Source: Elainellaceae cyanobacterium (GTDB lineage Bacteria; Cyanobacteriota; Cyanobacteriia; CAZCXK01). Taken from it: 46,475 nucleotides of DNA. The notes beneath the pieces are model-generated. The model saw only the letters and a list, made by a program, of their open reading frames with translations. It was not told the origin of the DNA and searched no databases. A program made the position numbers and the translations under genes. The stretch is from assembly GCA_051117555.1 (NCBI GenBank), contig JBNPEG010000052.1, forward strand, positions 1 through 46,475, in the 5' to 3' direction. Of this stretch, positions 20,299-29,612 are shown piece after piece; the stretch's first letter is position 1, and each line of letters starts with the position of its first letter.

Positions 20299-20328
20299 TC
20301 GCGAAAGAGACACCCAGAAATCAATGAT

Positions 20329-20844
20329 TTAACCAGGGGCGATCGCCGATCGGTCAAGGCATGCATCATTGTCAGGGCCGTAGGGGTGCATTGCACAAAT
20401 GAGTTGAATTCCCCCGAATGCCTGTCCGTAGTAGTATTGACATCCATGACAAGTATCTGGAGCGCTATAGACAGGATACACAGGCTGCCTGACATGGTAG
20501 TTGATCCGCGTCGTTTCAACCATGCCACCATGGCGTCGAACTACAGTTCGAATGGTCCATAAATCTGAACTGTTGAGCCCTGGGATTTGTGCTCCGATGA
20601 AGATCTGAGGAAACCCGTTATCAACTCTTCTAGATTGGATGACGCTCAGACCACCCACCCGCTGGACTGTTGCTTCGATGAGGTCGATGATAGGCTCAGC
20701 CGGGTCACAATAGGCTGAAAGATAAACTGATTTGCTCTCGGTTGCAGCATGGAAATTGATTTGAGTTGGAACGGCGAGTTGTAGGGGTTCAGAATTGTCC
20801 TGACCATCGAAAAACCAGCGATTCTGCATTCCTGATGATTCCAT
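20329..20844 (-). CDS. Hypothetical protein with C-terminal Cys/His metal-binding motif (DUF6464-like)
   Basis: TCHGCQYYYG...LICAMHPYGP...CLD. Confidence 0.7.
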   Translation of the reverse strand: MESSGMQNRWFFDGQDNSEPLQLAVPTQINFHAATESKSVYLSAYCDPAEPIIDLIEATVQRVGGLSVIQSRRVDNGFPQIFIGAQIPGLNSSDLWTIRTVVRRHGGMVETTRINYHVRQPVYPVYSAPDTCHGCQYYYGQAFGGIQLICAMHPYGPDNDACLDRSAIAPG

Positions 20845-20937
20845 TAAATGACGATCATTAATTCATCATCTTAGGGTATGCTTAACCTTCTTCAAAACCC
20901 GTTTCAGTTAAAGTGAGCACTATTTTTCAGAACAGCA

Positions 20938-21261
20938 TTACGGGAAAATGGGGACGAAAATGCGAATAAAGCGGCGAACTCTTAATAGAAAAATAAGCTG
21001 TTGAATATCAGACGAGACGCTGGGCGGGTATTCGGATTCTTCAAGGAGAACTTGAAGTTCGGCGTATTCAGCCGCGGAGATCGGCTCCCCATCAATGGGC
21101 GATCGCGCGTCAAGAATAATTTCTGTTCGTAGGACTTCCTCTGGAATCTCATCGGCATCGGGGAGCGCGCGGGCGGGCAGCGCTAAGATTCCAACCATAC
21201 TCAGAACGAGCGTACTGCTGAGGCTGAGCCGAGCAATGGAACGATTCACATTCATCGACAT
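20938..21261 (-). CDS. Conserved cyanobacterial small exported protein
   Basis: Signal peptide followed by EIPEEVLRTEII.DARSPIDGEP.SAAEYAEL...IFLLRVR. Confidence 0.8.
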   Translation of the reverse strand: MSMNVNRSIARLSLSSTLVLSMVGILALPARALPDADEIPEEVLRTEIILDARSPIDGEPISAAEYAELQVLLEESEYPPSVSSDIQQLIFLLRVRRFIRIFVPIFP

Positions 21262-21384
21262 ACAAGGTCTCCTTTAGCTGTTGGCTATTAGCTATTATTA
21301 ACCCGGCAACGTTTGTTTATCCGTAGTGTTTTGACACAGCACCCGATTTCAGATAGCTTTACGCCCTCACGTTAGAACGCTGAA

Positions 21385-21423
21385 TGTATTTAGAACCCGC
21401 ACGGCGCGTAGGTTCTAAATACA
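21385..21423. repeat. Intergenic palindrome (REP-like / terminator for the NTRC gene)
   Basis: TGTATTTAGAACC...CGGCG...GGTTCTAAATACA, followed by AGCCCGTAGGGCT. Confidence 0.65.
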
Positions 21424-21451
21424 AATCTAAGCCCGTAGGGCTATACCATGC

Positions 21452-22831
21452 TTATGCTGGCACAGCATTCAAGTTCTTCTCGATCATCTCGCGAAATTGG
21501 CTCTTTTGTTTCATGCCTTTCAGTTGCCCAACCATTGCCTTATTTTTGAAAAACTGAACAGTTGGTGTGCCTGTAATACCTGCCGATTCAGCAATGTCTG
21601 GATCTTCGGTAATGTCAATTTCGACGTAGTGAACTTTTCCTTCAAATTCGTCGATAACTTTACTCAAAATTGGCTTCAAGGTATGGCAAGGCCCACACGT
21701 CGGCGAGGCATATTTCACTACGATGAGGCGATCGCTCTCGTGATAAAGCTTCCGCAACGCATAGCCTCCAACATGGCGAGTCGTACCCGGATCAAACTCA
21801 GCGGCAAGCTGATATTCTGCCTTCTTACCCTCATCGCCCGTGCGTTCAGATGCTTCAGACTGGTGAAATTCTTGCGCTAAATTATTCGTCGAGAGCCATC
21901 TCTCTGCCAACATTGCAGCCATACAGCCTGTCCCGGCTGCGGTGATGGCTTGACGATACTCATGATCTTGCACATCCCCCGCCGCATACACCCCTTCTAA
22001 ACTCGTCTCAACAGAATGGGGTTTGGTTTTTATGTAGCCGACCTCATCAAGGTCAAGCTGCCCCTTAAACAGCCACGTATTAGGCGTATGACCGATGGCA
22101 TAAAACAATCCTCGGACATGCAATTCACCGTCAGCCCCCGTCTGATTGTTGACAATTTTGACCCCTTTCATGCCGTCATCATCACCAAACACATCCACGG
22201 CTTCCGTATTCCAATGGACGGTGATTTTCGGGTTCCGCAGAACACGATCTTGCATGGCTTTACTAGCTCGTAACGCATCTCTCCGCACCAATAAATGAAC
22301 CTGAGATCCGTACTTTGTCAAATAAACAGCTTCCTCAGCCGCAGAATCACCACCGCCCACAACAGCTAACTCAGCATTGCGGAAAATCGGCGTTGCACCA
22401 TCACAAATCGCACACGCCGAAATGCCTCGGCTCCAAAACTCATTCTCGCAGGGCAGTCCTAAGCGCTTTGCCGTCGCACCTGTTGCAATTACGACGCTGT
22501 GAGCCCGAACCTCTCGCTCGTCTGAGCGAATGACAAACGGGCGTTGACTAAAATCAATATAGGTTACATCTTCAGTCACCATTTCAGTGCCCCAGCGACG
22601 CGCTTGCGCTTTCATCCGATCCATCAACTGAGGTCCGGTGATTCCATCTGGGAAACCTGGAAAATTTTCGACTTCAGTGGTGGTCATGAGTTGTCCACCT
22701 GGCAGCCCTCCTGCCTCATAGCCTTCAAACATAAAGGGCTTGAGATTTGCCCGTGCTGCATAGATTGCCGCAGTATAGCCAGCCGGACCAGATCCAACAA
22801 TAACAAGGTTTTCGACCATGGTGTCTGCCAT
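21452..22831 (-). CDS. trxB: NADPH-dependent thioredoxin reductase with fused C-terminal thioredoxin (NTRC)
   Basis: [16 protein letters not shown] redox motif, GGGDSA, and C-terminal Trx domain with CGPC. Confidence 0.96.
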   Translation of the reverse strand: MADTMVENLVIVGSGPAGYTAAIYAARANLKPFMFEGYEAGGLPGGQLMTTTEVENFPGFPDGITGPQLMDRMKAQARRWGTEMVTEDVTYIDFSQRPFVIRSDEREVRAHSVVIATGATAKRLGLPCENEFWSRGISACAICDGATPIFRNAELAVVGGGDSAAEEAVYLTKYGSQVHLLVRRDALRASKAMQDRVLRNPKITVHWNTEAVDVFGDDDGMKGVKIVNNQTGADGELHVRGLFYAIGHTPNTWLFKGQLDLDEVGYIKTKPHSVETSLEGVYAAGDVQDHEYRQAITAAGTGCMAAMLAERWLSTNNLAQEFHQSEASERTGDEGKKAEYQLAAEFDPGTTRHVGGYALRKLYHESDRLIVVKYASPTCGPCHTLKPILSKVIDEFEGKVHYVEIDITEDPDIAESAGITGTPTVQFFKNKAMVGQLKGMKQKSQFREMIEKNLNAVPA

Positions 22832-23032
22832 AGGATTTTTATGATGAACTCATAACGACTACGCTTAATATATCATAATCATTCATCATCAGGCTAAAGG
22901 GAATCAGGCGAGGAACCGCCCGATGTGTAGTCTGAATTTGAAATTTGAAGAATTGGTATTAGGCAATCTAGAGAGAAGCGTATTTTCGCTAACGATGCGT
23001 AGTGGCGTGGCACAGCTAAAATTGTGCATTAG

Positions 23033-23063
23033 GTAGGGTGCCGTTAGCGCAGCGTAACGCACC
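23033..23063 (+). repeat. GTAG-led REP-like hairpin
   Basis: GTAG-GGTGCCGTTAGCGCAGCGTAACGCACC. Confidence 0.6.
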
Positions 23064-23206
23064 GTGTCCCAGAGTTTCAGCTTTTTAAGAATTTGCACTA
23101 TTTTAGGCATGTCAAAACAGTAGCGTTATTGTCTCACTCATATCTAGATTCGGGCTAGTCACGCCTTAGATTCTGTAAGGCCAACATTTGGCATGTTCTT
23201 ACCTGT

Positions 23207-23240
23207 AAAAAATCCCCTACCTAATACAGGTAAGGGATTT
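23207..23240 (-). terminator. Intrinsic terminator downstream of 6S RNA
   Basis: AAATCCC-C-TACCT...AGGTA-A-GGGATTT stem, followed on the minus strand by a T-run. Confidence 0.7.
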
Positions 23241-23249
23241 AGAATGTTG

Positions 23250-23432
23250 AGTTCCCCACAGCGCCGTCTTACCTCAGCTTTCGACCTGGAGATCCAGGTG
23301 GGTACCTTGACTATGGCTTTAAGTTTCCGGGTGCTATGCCCGGTATACTGCCACCATAGCAGCTAGGTTCCCGAGTACGAAAAGCATAGATCGTAAAACA
23401 TTGTTGGTAGTCACCAACGCCGCAGTAGAACT
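23250..23432 (-). ncRNA. ssrS: 6S RNA (cyanobacterial SsaA)
   Basis: Reverse complement begins AGTTCTACTGCGGCGTTGGTGACT and contains CTCGGGAACCTAGCTGCT and GGTACCCACCTGGATCTCCAGGTCGAAAGCTGAGGTAAGACGGCGCTGTGGGGAACT; 5' and 3' ends pair; about 183 nt. Confidence 0.92.
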
Positions 23433-23546
23433 GTTCATCATTGTAGCGAGTTCTGACGAGACAACGGCAAGGGAAAATACGGAGAAATCACTAAATTCTT
23501 ACGGTTTTATGAACGGCTATCCGAAATTCTAATCACTTGACAGGGT

Positions 23547-24230
23547 TTATGCGGGAACTGTGAGGGGCATTCCGTTGTCGCGCGCGGTGAGATTGAGCAG
23601 AAATGGCACGGCTTTGCGTCCCCATTCGTTGACGGGGGTGTAAGATGCGGCTGCGTCTCCGTAGCACGTTTCGAGCATGTCGGTGTGGATAATGCCAGGA
23701 TTGAGCGCGATCGCCGCCATACCGGGGGGCAATTCTTGAGCAAGCGATTGGGTTAATCCTTCGATCGCCCATTTGGTCGCGCAATAGGGAGCCACCTCTG
23801 GAGACGTCGATCGCCCCCATCCCGAACTAAAATTGACCACAATGCCCGTTTGCCGCTGAATCATAGCCGGGAGAAAGTGGCGAATGACGTTGGCGACGCC
23901 TTTGATGTTGACATCAATCACCTGCGAGAACTCGTCGCTAGGGACTTTCCAAAGCTGGGCGAGTTGATTCACTAGTCCGGCATTGTTAATGAGTAAGTCG
24001 GGCGGGTCATAGTCTGATAAGAGCGTCTGTGCCCAGGATGCGACCTGCTGATCGTCAGCAATATCCACGACTGCAAAGTGATGAGGCGCACCAAATTCTC
24101 GCTGGAGTGCTTCAATGCCTTGGGGCGATCGCGCACAGCCCAGCACTGTGTGCCCCTCTTGGATAAAGTTTTCAACCATGGAGCGACCAAGCCCTCGCGT
24201 TGTCCCTGTTAATACAATTTGCTTTTTCAC
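23547..24230 (-). CDS. SDR family NAD(P)-dependent oxidoreductase
   Basis: TGTTRGLG, LINNAG, SSGWG, YCATK. Probable GTG start at 24230 rather than the ORF-track start at 24278. Confidence 0.92.
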   Translation of the reverse strand: MKKQIVLTGTTRGLGRSMVENFIQEGHTVLGCARSPQGIEALQREFGAPHHFAVVDIADDQQVASWAQTLLSDYDPPDLLINNAGLVNQLAQLWKVPSDEFSQVIDVNIKGVANVIRHFLPAMIQRQTGIVVNFSSGWGRSTSPEVAPYCATKWAIEGLTQSLAQELPPGMAAIALNPGIIHTDMLETCYGDAAASYTPVNEWGRKAVPFLLNLTARDNGMPLTVPA

Positions 24231-24498
24231 AAGATGTCGTAGAACTCTACATGCGTACTCGTATTGCCCCGGATACATGAAGCATTCCTCGTATTGTAAA
24301 GATAAAACTCCTCATGCTGGCGGAAGCCTTTTCTTTGCCCTTATTTATAGCCTCATACAGCCGTACGCTCTGACGTTGAACGTGTGGTGAGCCCGTAGGG
24401 CACCAGCTCAAGGGAGTAGCCTGTAACTAGGAAGCATTGAGAGGCAATCCTAGCTCTCATTAGCTTATGGGTGTCTCCTCTAGCGCTGATTGGAGGTA

Positions 24499-24857
24499 TC
24501 AGGGGCTAAACTCTAATCGATATCGATATCGATACAGCGCGACTGGGTGACCGTTAGCTTTGAAATAGTCAGGGTCTTGAGGCGACAGATAAATCGCAGT
24601 CACTTGGTCGGCAACAATCTCTGGTACTTCATTAGGGGAGCGGACAGGTCGACTAATGTCGTCGTCACCATCCAATCGCCTTCAAACCAAGCCGGGTAGA
24701 CCAAATCTCCGGCTGCTGTTTCCACGGTGGGCTTATGGTGCCACTGGGGAAATCGATCCAGCCGATCGGTGAGTGCTCCAGCTTGAGCGGCGCCTGTGCA
24801 AAGCAACCACAGCGCAATCAACAACACAACCCATAGGAATCTACCTTTTGGGGTCAT
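24499..24857 (-). pseudogene. Internally deleted, frameshifted conserved cyanobacterial exported protein (DUF6816-like)
   Basis: N-terminal part (signal peptide, DRLDRFPQW..KP...GDLVYPAWFEGDW.VTTTLVDLSAPL) joins near 24632, in another frame, to a C-terminal piece IVADQVTAIYLSPQDPDYFKANGHPVALYRYRYRLEFSP*. Confidence 0.75.
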
Positions 24858-25264
24858 AGCGTTTCGATAGGATCGGGATGCCAACTATCACCATACTGAT
24901 TTTTTAGAGTCGTCCAGGCATCAACTTGTCCAGGAGCATAGTCTCCAGGCTTGCCCCACTGAAGAAATAGGCTCAAGGCTGGCTGGGAAGAATCATCTAA
25001 AAACCGAATCGCATAGGTAGTAAAGTTGCCGCGCTTCGCCTCTCCCGTTTCAAACTTCACTTGGATAATTTTGTCCATATTCAGATGAAACTCAAATGCC
25101 TCTTGGTGCATGTTGGCGTATTTGCCCTTATTGGGCAGTTCTGCATAAAACAGCTTTTCGATGGTCCCCCGTGCTTCTAAAACGGCTGCACTGCTAGTCA
25201 CAATTAAACGAACAGTGCCCAGCGATTGGCAGTCTTCTAAAAATTCTTTCAGCGTTGTGCTCAT
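24854..25264 (-). CDS. ChuX/HutX-family heme-like substrate-binding protein
   Basis: LG.VRLIVTSSAAVLEARG...YANMH...EFHLNMD...YAIRFLD...LSLFLQW...W..LK..YG. Confidence 0.8.
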   Translation of the reverse strand: MSTTLKEFLEDCQSLGTVRLIVTSSAAVLEARGTIEKLFYAELPNKGKYANMHQEAFEFHLNMDKIIQVKFETGEAKRGNFTTYAIRFLDDSSQPALSLFLQWGKPGDYAPGQVDAWTTLKNQYGDSWHPDPIETL

Positions 25265-25410
25265 AACTATTCAGATCCTTAATTAGGTTATATAGCAATC
25301 CTAAATCGCTATATTTAAGTGCCTTTAAACAAAAGCGGAGCTTATGGCTCAGATTTGACATTATGTTCTAAATCTGGGCTATTGGCGTGCAGTTTTGAGT
25401 GGATTTCAGT

Positions 25411-25458
25411 ATAGACTTTAATGCATAGACAACTGGATCGAGATAGATTCAATTCTAT
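25411..25458 (+). promoter_or_regulatory. LysR (NdhR/CcmR or CmpR-type) operator upstream of sbtAB
   Basis: Perfect ATAG-N8-CTAT at 25443-25458 (ATAGATTCAATTCTAT) and imperfect ATAG-N8-GCAT at 25411-25426. Confidence 0.7.
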
Positions 25459-25666
25459 GGAAGGCGATTGAAGAACACCAACAGTTCTGCCTTCATCCAT
25501 ATCAGAGCACCCTTGCCTCTGATGTGCTGTCGAACAGCATTATATCCATATCGGCCTTGGGATGAAGCGCTGCATCCCGGCCAATTGAAACGCTCTTAGT
25601 TCATTCATCCATTACCCATATCACCACTCTCATTGAGGAGGTGGAAGGAGGTGGAAGGAGGTATTT

Positions 25667-25792
25667 ATGGCAGATTTCTCTCGCATGACTCGTCGGAACT
25701 TTCTGTATACCGCAGGGGCTTCCGCAGCTGGCTCTATCTTCATCTCTGGTTGGCCATGTTTCTCACAGGCTGCATCTGGTTTGCGGCCTTAG
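25667..25792 (+). pseudogene. 41-codon ORF resembling the twin-arginine leader of CmpA/NrtA-type binding proteins
   Basis: MADFSRMTRRNFLYTAGASAAGSIFISGWPCFSQAASGLRP*, preceded by AAGGAGGT RBS; too short for the ORF track. Confidence 0.6.
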
Positions 25793-25861
25793 GGGTGAGT
25801 ACGATGGCGTTTAACCTGAACGGTTTTATTTTATTAAGTCTGATCAAGGAGGAACTATAAC

Positions 25862-26980
25862 GTGGATTTCTTGTCCGATTTCTTGACGAAATTCGGGTCG
25901 CAATTGCAGTCCCCAACGCTCGGCTTTTTGCTTGGCGGTATAGTCGTTGCTGCTCTCGGTAGCCGATTAGCAATTCCAGATGCGATCTATAAGTTCATCG
26001 TCTTTATGCTGCTCATTAAAGTCGGTCTGAGCGGCGGTATTGCGATTCGCAACGCCAACATAGCGGAGATGCTGTTGCCTGCGCTGTTCGCTGTAGTAAC
26101 GGGAATCCTGATCGTCTTCATCGCGAGCTTTACGTTGGCCAAAATGCCGCAAATCAGAGTCGTTGATGCCCTGGCGACTGGGGGTTTATTTGGTGCCGTG
26201 AGTGGTTCTACCCTCGCCGCCGGCATAACCGTACTGGAAGAGCAAGGCATCGAATACGAGGCATGGGCTGGCGCACTTTATCCATTCATGGATATTCCAG
26301 CCCTCGTGACGGCGATCGTCTTGGCCAGCATTTATGTCAGTAAGCGGAAGCGCGAAAAGTATAAAGAGGAGTCTTTCAGCAAGCAGCGTGTTGCTGCAGG
26401 CGGGTATTCCGGCGAGTCGGGCGGTACCGCAGGCGAGTATCCCAGTACCGCAAGCGAGTATCGCATGGAGCAAGGCCAGCGGGTTAGGATATGGCCCATC
26501 ATCAAGGAAAGCCTTCAGGGTTCTGCTCTATCAGCACTGCTGCTTGGCCTCGCTTTGGGTCTGCTAACTCGACCAGAAAGTGTCTATGAAAGCTTCTATA
26601 ATCCCCTCTTCCGCGGCTTGCTTTCGATCCTGATGTTGGTCATGGGTATGGAAGCTTGGGCAAGGCTTGGTGAGCTACTCAAGGTGGCTCAGTGGTACGC
26701 TATATATGCTGCAATAGCACCTTTGTTGCACGGGTTCATTGCCTTCGGTCTTGGCATGATCGCCCACTACACTACAGGGTTTAGCCCTGGCGGTGTCGCG
26801 CTCCTAGCTATCATTGCCGCTTCCAGTTCAGATATCTCGGGGCCGCCCACGTTGCGAGGCGGTATCCCGTCGGCCAATCCCTCTGCCTACATCGGTGCGT
26901 CCACAGCCATCGGTACACCCATTGCGATTGCCGTGGGAATACCACTCTTCGTAGGGCTTGCCCAGGCGATGGGCGGCTGA
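25862..26980 (+). CDS. sbtA: Sodium-dependent bicarbonate transporter SbtA
   Basis: LQSPTLGFLLGG, FGAVSGST, YPFMDIPAL, SSSDISGPPTLR, PSANPSAYIG; GTG start with AGGAGG RBS. Confidence 0.95.
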   Translation: MDFLSDFLTKFGSQLQSPTLGFLLGGIVVAALGSRLAIPDAIYKFIVFMLLIKVGLSGGIAIRNANIAEMLLPALFAVVTGILIVFIASFTLAKMPQIRVVDALATGGLFGAVSGSTLAAGITVLEEQGIEYEAWAGALYPFMDIPALVTAIVLASIYVSKRKREKYKEESFSKQRVAAGGYSGESGGTAGEYPSTASEYRMEQGQRVRIWPIIKESLQGSALSALLLGLALGLLTRPESVYESFYNPLFRGLLSILMLVMGMEAWARLGELLKVAQWYAIYAAIAPLLHGFIAFGLGMIAHYTTGFSPGGVALLAIIAASSSDISGPPTLRGGIPSANPSAYIGASTAIGTPIAIAVGIPLFVGLAQAMGG

Positions 26981-27105
26981 ATCCCGGACGGGGCGAGGTC
27001 TGCCGGTGCTCCCCTGGCCCGGCGACCAGCGCGGCGGCTAGATCAGCGCGATACTCCTGTCGGAGTGGCGTTGCGCGATCGCGCGCGGTGCTGCCGTTTC
27101 CCTAA

Positions 27106-27483
<378 letters not shown>

Positions 27484-27486
27484 ACG

Positions 27487-27522
27487 TGTGGTGAGCCCCC
27501 GCGGCGCGGGGGCTCACCACAC
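27487..27522. repeat. Long perfect palindrome after sbtB (REP-like / bidirectional terminator)
   Basis: GTGTGGTGAGCCCCCGC-GGC-GCGGGGGCTCACCACAC. Confidence 0.75.
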
Positions 27523-27711
27523 AAACATGTTCATTATGGAACCGCCTGCCTATCAGCTTCACATTTGGAATGAATCAGAGCTAGTGTCTCACACGGTATA
27601 TGTGGGGCACTATCTAGGCCCCTATCGATTTTCAGATGGCGTGTTACTAGCGACATAAATTTTGAACACTCATAGCGGGTATGCACTTGGGTAGGGCACT
27701 CCGTGGCAGGT

Positions 27712-28152
27712 CTATTCTGCATCATCCGGTTCATCCAAATGCTCAGACACCTCTCGATACAGATTCAAAATGTGATCATCTTTAAGGCAATAAAATACAT
27801 TGCGCCCTCGTTTTCGATAGCTGACTAACCGCATCGACCGCAACACGCGAAGCTGATGAGAAACAGCTGATTCAGACATCTCAACAATGTCTGCTAAATC
27901 ACGAACGCGCATTCCTTGCACTGCTAATGCAGATAAAATTCGCCAGCGGTTCGCATCACCCAACACGCTAAAAAACTCTCCCATGCGCTGGGCTTTTTCG
28001 ATGCTGACTATTTCATGCTTCAACTCTGCTACGTGTTCTGGCTCGAGGGGTGAAGCACTATCACACGTTGGAATCGTTTGAGGATGAGCATGAGCTGACG
28101 AGGAAGAGGGAGGATTGACTGAATTAGCCGACATGATAGGGGTAGGATTCAC
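27712..28152 (-). CDS. smtB: ArsR/SmtB-family zinc-sensing repressor
   Basis: AQRMGEFFSVLGDANRWRILSAL, SESAVSHQLR.LR..RLV, alpha5 site DDH...HLDE; divergent from smtA. Start may be the ATG at 28134. Confidence 0.92.
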   Translation of the reverse strand: MNPTPIMSANSVNPPSSSSAHAHPQTIPTCDSASPLEPEHVAELKHEIVSIEKAQRMGEFFSVLGDANRWRILSALAVQGMRVRDLADIVEMSESAVSHQLRVLRSMRLVSYRKRGRNVFYCLKDDHILNLYREVSEHLDEPDDAE

Positions 28153-28210
28153 TTAATGCAGGTGCACATGGTGATGAGTCTAATCAGTAACAATTAAATC
28201 TCGACACCAA

Positions 28211-28267
28211 AATACCTGAATGACTGTTCATGGATTAAGATGAAAGCATGAACGATTGTTCAAACAT
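28211..28267. promoter_or_regulatory. Two SmtB-type operator inverted repeats
   Basis: TGAA-N6-TTCA cores: AATACCTGAATGACTGTTCATGGATT and AAGCATGAACGATTGTTCAAACAT between smtB and smtA. Confidence 0.8.
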
Positions 28268-28299
28268 CTAATCGTATTGTATGAAGTCGGGAGAATACA

Positions 28300-28467
28300 A
28301 TGGCAACTGTTACTCAAATGAAGTGCGCATGCGAACCCTGCCTGTGTATTGTCGATATTGATTCTGCTATTCAAAAAGATGGTAAATATTATTGCAGCGA
28401 GGCGTGCGCTAATGACCATCAAGCAGGTGCAGGCTGTGGTCATGCGGGCTGTGGATGCGATAGCTGA
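28300..28467 (+). CDS. smtA: Bacterial metallothionein SmtA (55 aa, absent from the ORF track)
   Basis: MATVTQMKCACEPCLCIVDIDSAIQKDGKYYCSEACANDHQAGAGCGHAGCGCDS. Confidence 0.97.
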   Translation: MATVTQMKCACEPCLCIVDIDSAIQKDGKYYCSEACANDHQAGAGCGHAGCGCDS

Positions 28468-28554
28468 AGAGCTGCCGATCTGTAGCGATCGCCCCACTCT
28501 CAGGCGGTTCATATCCGATCGAGTCCTTCGCTTACTAACGCGATACTAACGCGA

Positions 28555-29427
28555 TTATTCGGTGCGGCGATTGATCCGCTGTCTAAGACGTTCAGTGATG
28601 CGTGAGCGCGTTACGATACCCTGATTTGGGCTGAATAACAGCGCAGTTATAAACAAAGCAAACACCGTTAGGGCGATCGCCGGTCCCGATGGTAGATCCA
28701 GATAGTAGCTCGCATACATTCCAATAATGCTGGCGATCGCCCCAATCATAGCTCCCCAGATCATCATCAGGTGCAGTTCGCGAACCAGCAAATACGCCGT
28801 AATCGCGGGTCCAACCATCAATGAAATCACCAAAATCACGCCCACGGTTTTCATCCCTGCGATGATGGTCAGGGTGATACCTGCCATCAACCCCAGGTTA
28901 ATGAGATTAACCGGAAGCCCGATTGCTTCTGCGCCCAGTCGATCAAAGGTGAAAAATAAAAGCTCTTTATAAAACAGGCGAATCAACAAAATCACAATCA
29001 GCGCGATCGCCCCAGTGCGCCACATGTCAGGTCTTGTCACGCCCAAAATATCACCAAACAGCAAGTCTTCTAAATCAATTCGCCTTTGCAGTACGGTTAA
29101 TAGCAATACGCCCAATCCAAAAAAACTAGAGAAGGTCAGCGCCATGGCTGAGTCAACCTTGACCCGCGATTGAGATCGAATCCAGGCGATGACGAATGTG
29201 CTAACAATCCCCGATGTAAAGGCACCAAACAAAATATCAATGCCTAAAAAATTGGCGATCGCCAATCCTGGCAACACCGCATGAGCAATCACATCACCCA
29301 ACAATGCCATGCGCTGCACGATTAAATAACTGCCCACAACCGGGCAAATAATGCCCACCAATGTGCCGACAATGAGGGCATTCTGCATAAATTCATAGGT
29401 CAGCGGTTCAAATAGCCAGTTCCACAT
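28555..29427 (-). CDS. znuB: Zn/Mn ABC transporter permease
   Basis: RMALLGDVIAHAVLPGLA, LFGDILGV, VGVILV, DLPSGPAI. Probable ATG start at 29427. Confidence 0.9.
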   Translation of the reverse strand: MWNWLFEPLTYEFMQNALIVGTLVGIICPVVGSYLIVQRMALLGDVIAHAVLPGLAIANFLGIDILFGAFTSGIVSTFVIAWIRSQSRVKVDSAMALTFSSFFGLGVLLLTVLQRRIDLEDLLFGDILGVTRPDMWRTGAIALIVILLIRLFYKELLFFTFDRLGAEAIGLPVNLINLGLMAGITLTIIAGMKTVGVILVISLMVGPAITAYLLVRELHLMMIWGAMIGAIASIIGMYASYYLDLPSGPAIALTVFALFITALLFSPNQGIVTRSRITERLRQRINRRTE

Positions 29428-29441
29428 ATCACAATCCCAGA

Positions 29442-29484
29442 TGGTGAGTGGTGGGGCGGGCGGCGCCCGCCCCACCACTCACCA
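29442..29484. repeat. Long perfect palindrome just upstream of znuB (same style as 27487-27522)
   Basis: TGGTGAGTGGTGGGGCGGGC-GGC-GCCCGCCCCACCACTCACCA. Confidence 0.75.
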
Positions 29485-29590
29485 CAATTTATAAGCGATT
29501 TTATAGGACTACCCCACGGTTTCCGCTAACGTGTTAGCTCCATAATCTAATTGACAATCAAATAGGACGCATCTAGCATTAATTTTATAA

Positions 29591-29605
29591 TGATAATCGT
29601 TATCA
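29591..29605. promoter_or_regulatory. Zur (FurB) box
   Basis: TGATAATCGTTATCA, a 7-1-7 palindrome close to the cyanobacterial TGATAATNATTATCA consensus, immediately before znuA. Confidence 0.8.
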
Positions 29606-29612
29606 AATTATC

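Noticed and set aside
22904..23110. 68-aa ORF between the NTRC gene and 6S RNA
   Set aside because: It runs through a REP-like hairpin and has no recognisable motif.
25633..25860. 75-aa ORF upstream of sbtA in the ORF track
   Set aside because: TTG start with no RBS and no recognisable motif. The 41-codon ORF in another frame has an RBS and a Tat-like leader.
28349..28549. 66-aa ORF over the metallothionein
   Set aside because: Wrong frame; smtA (28300-28467) explains the region.
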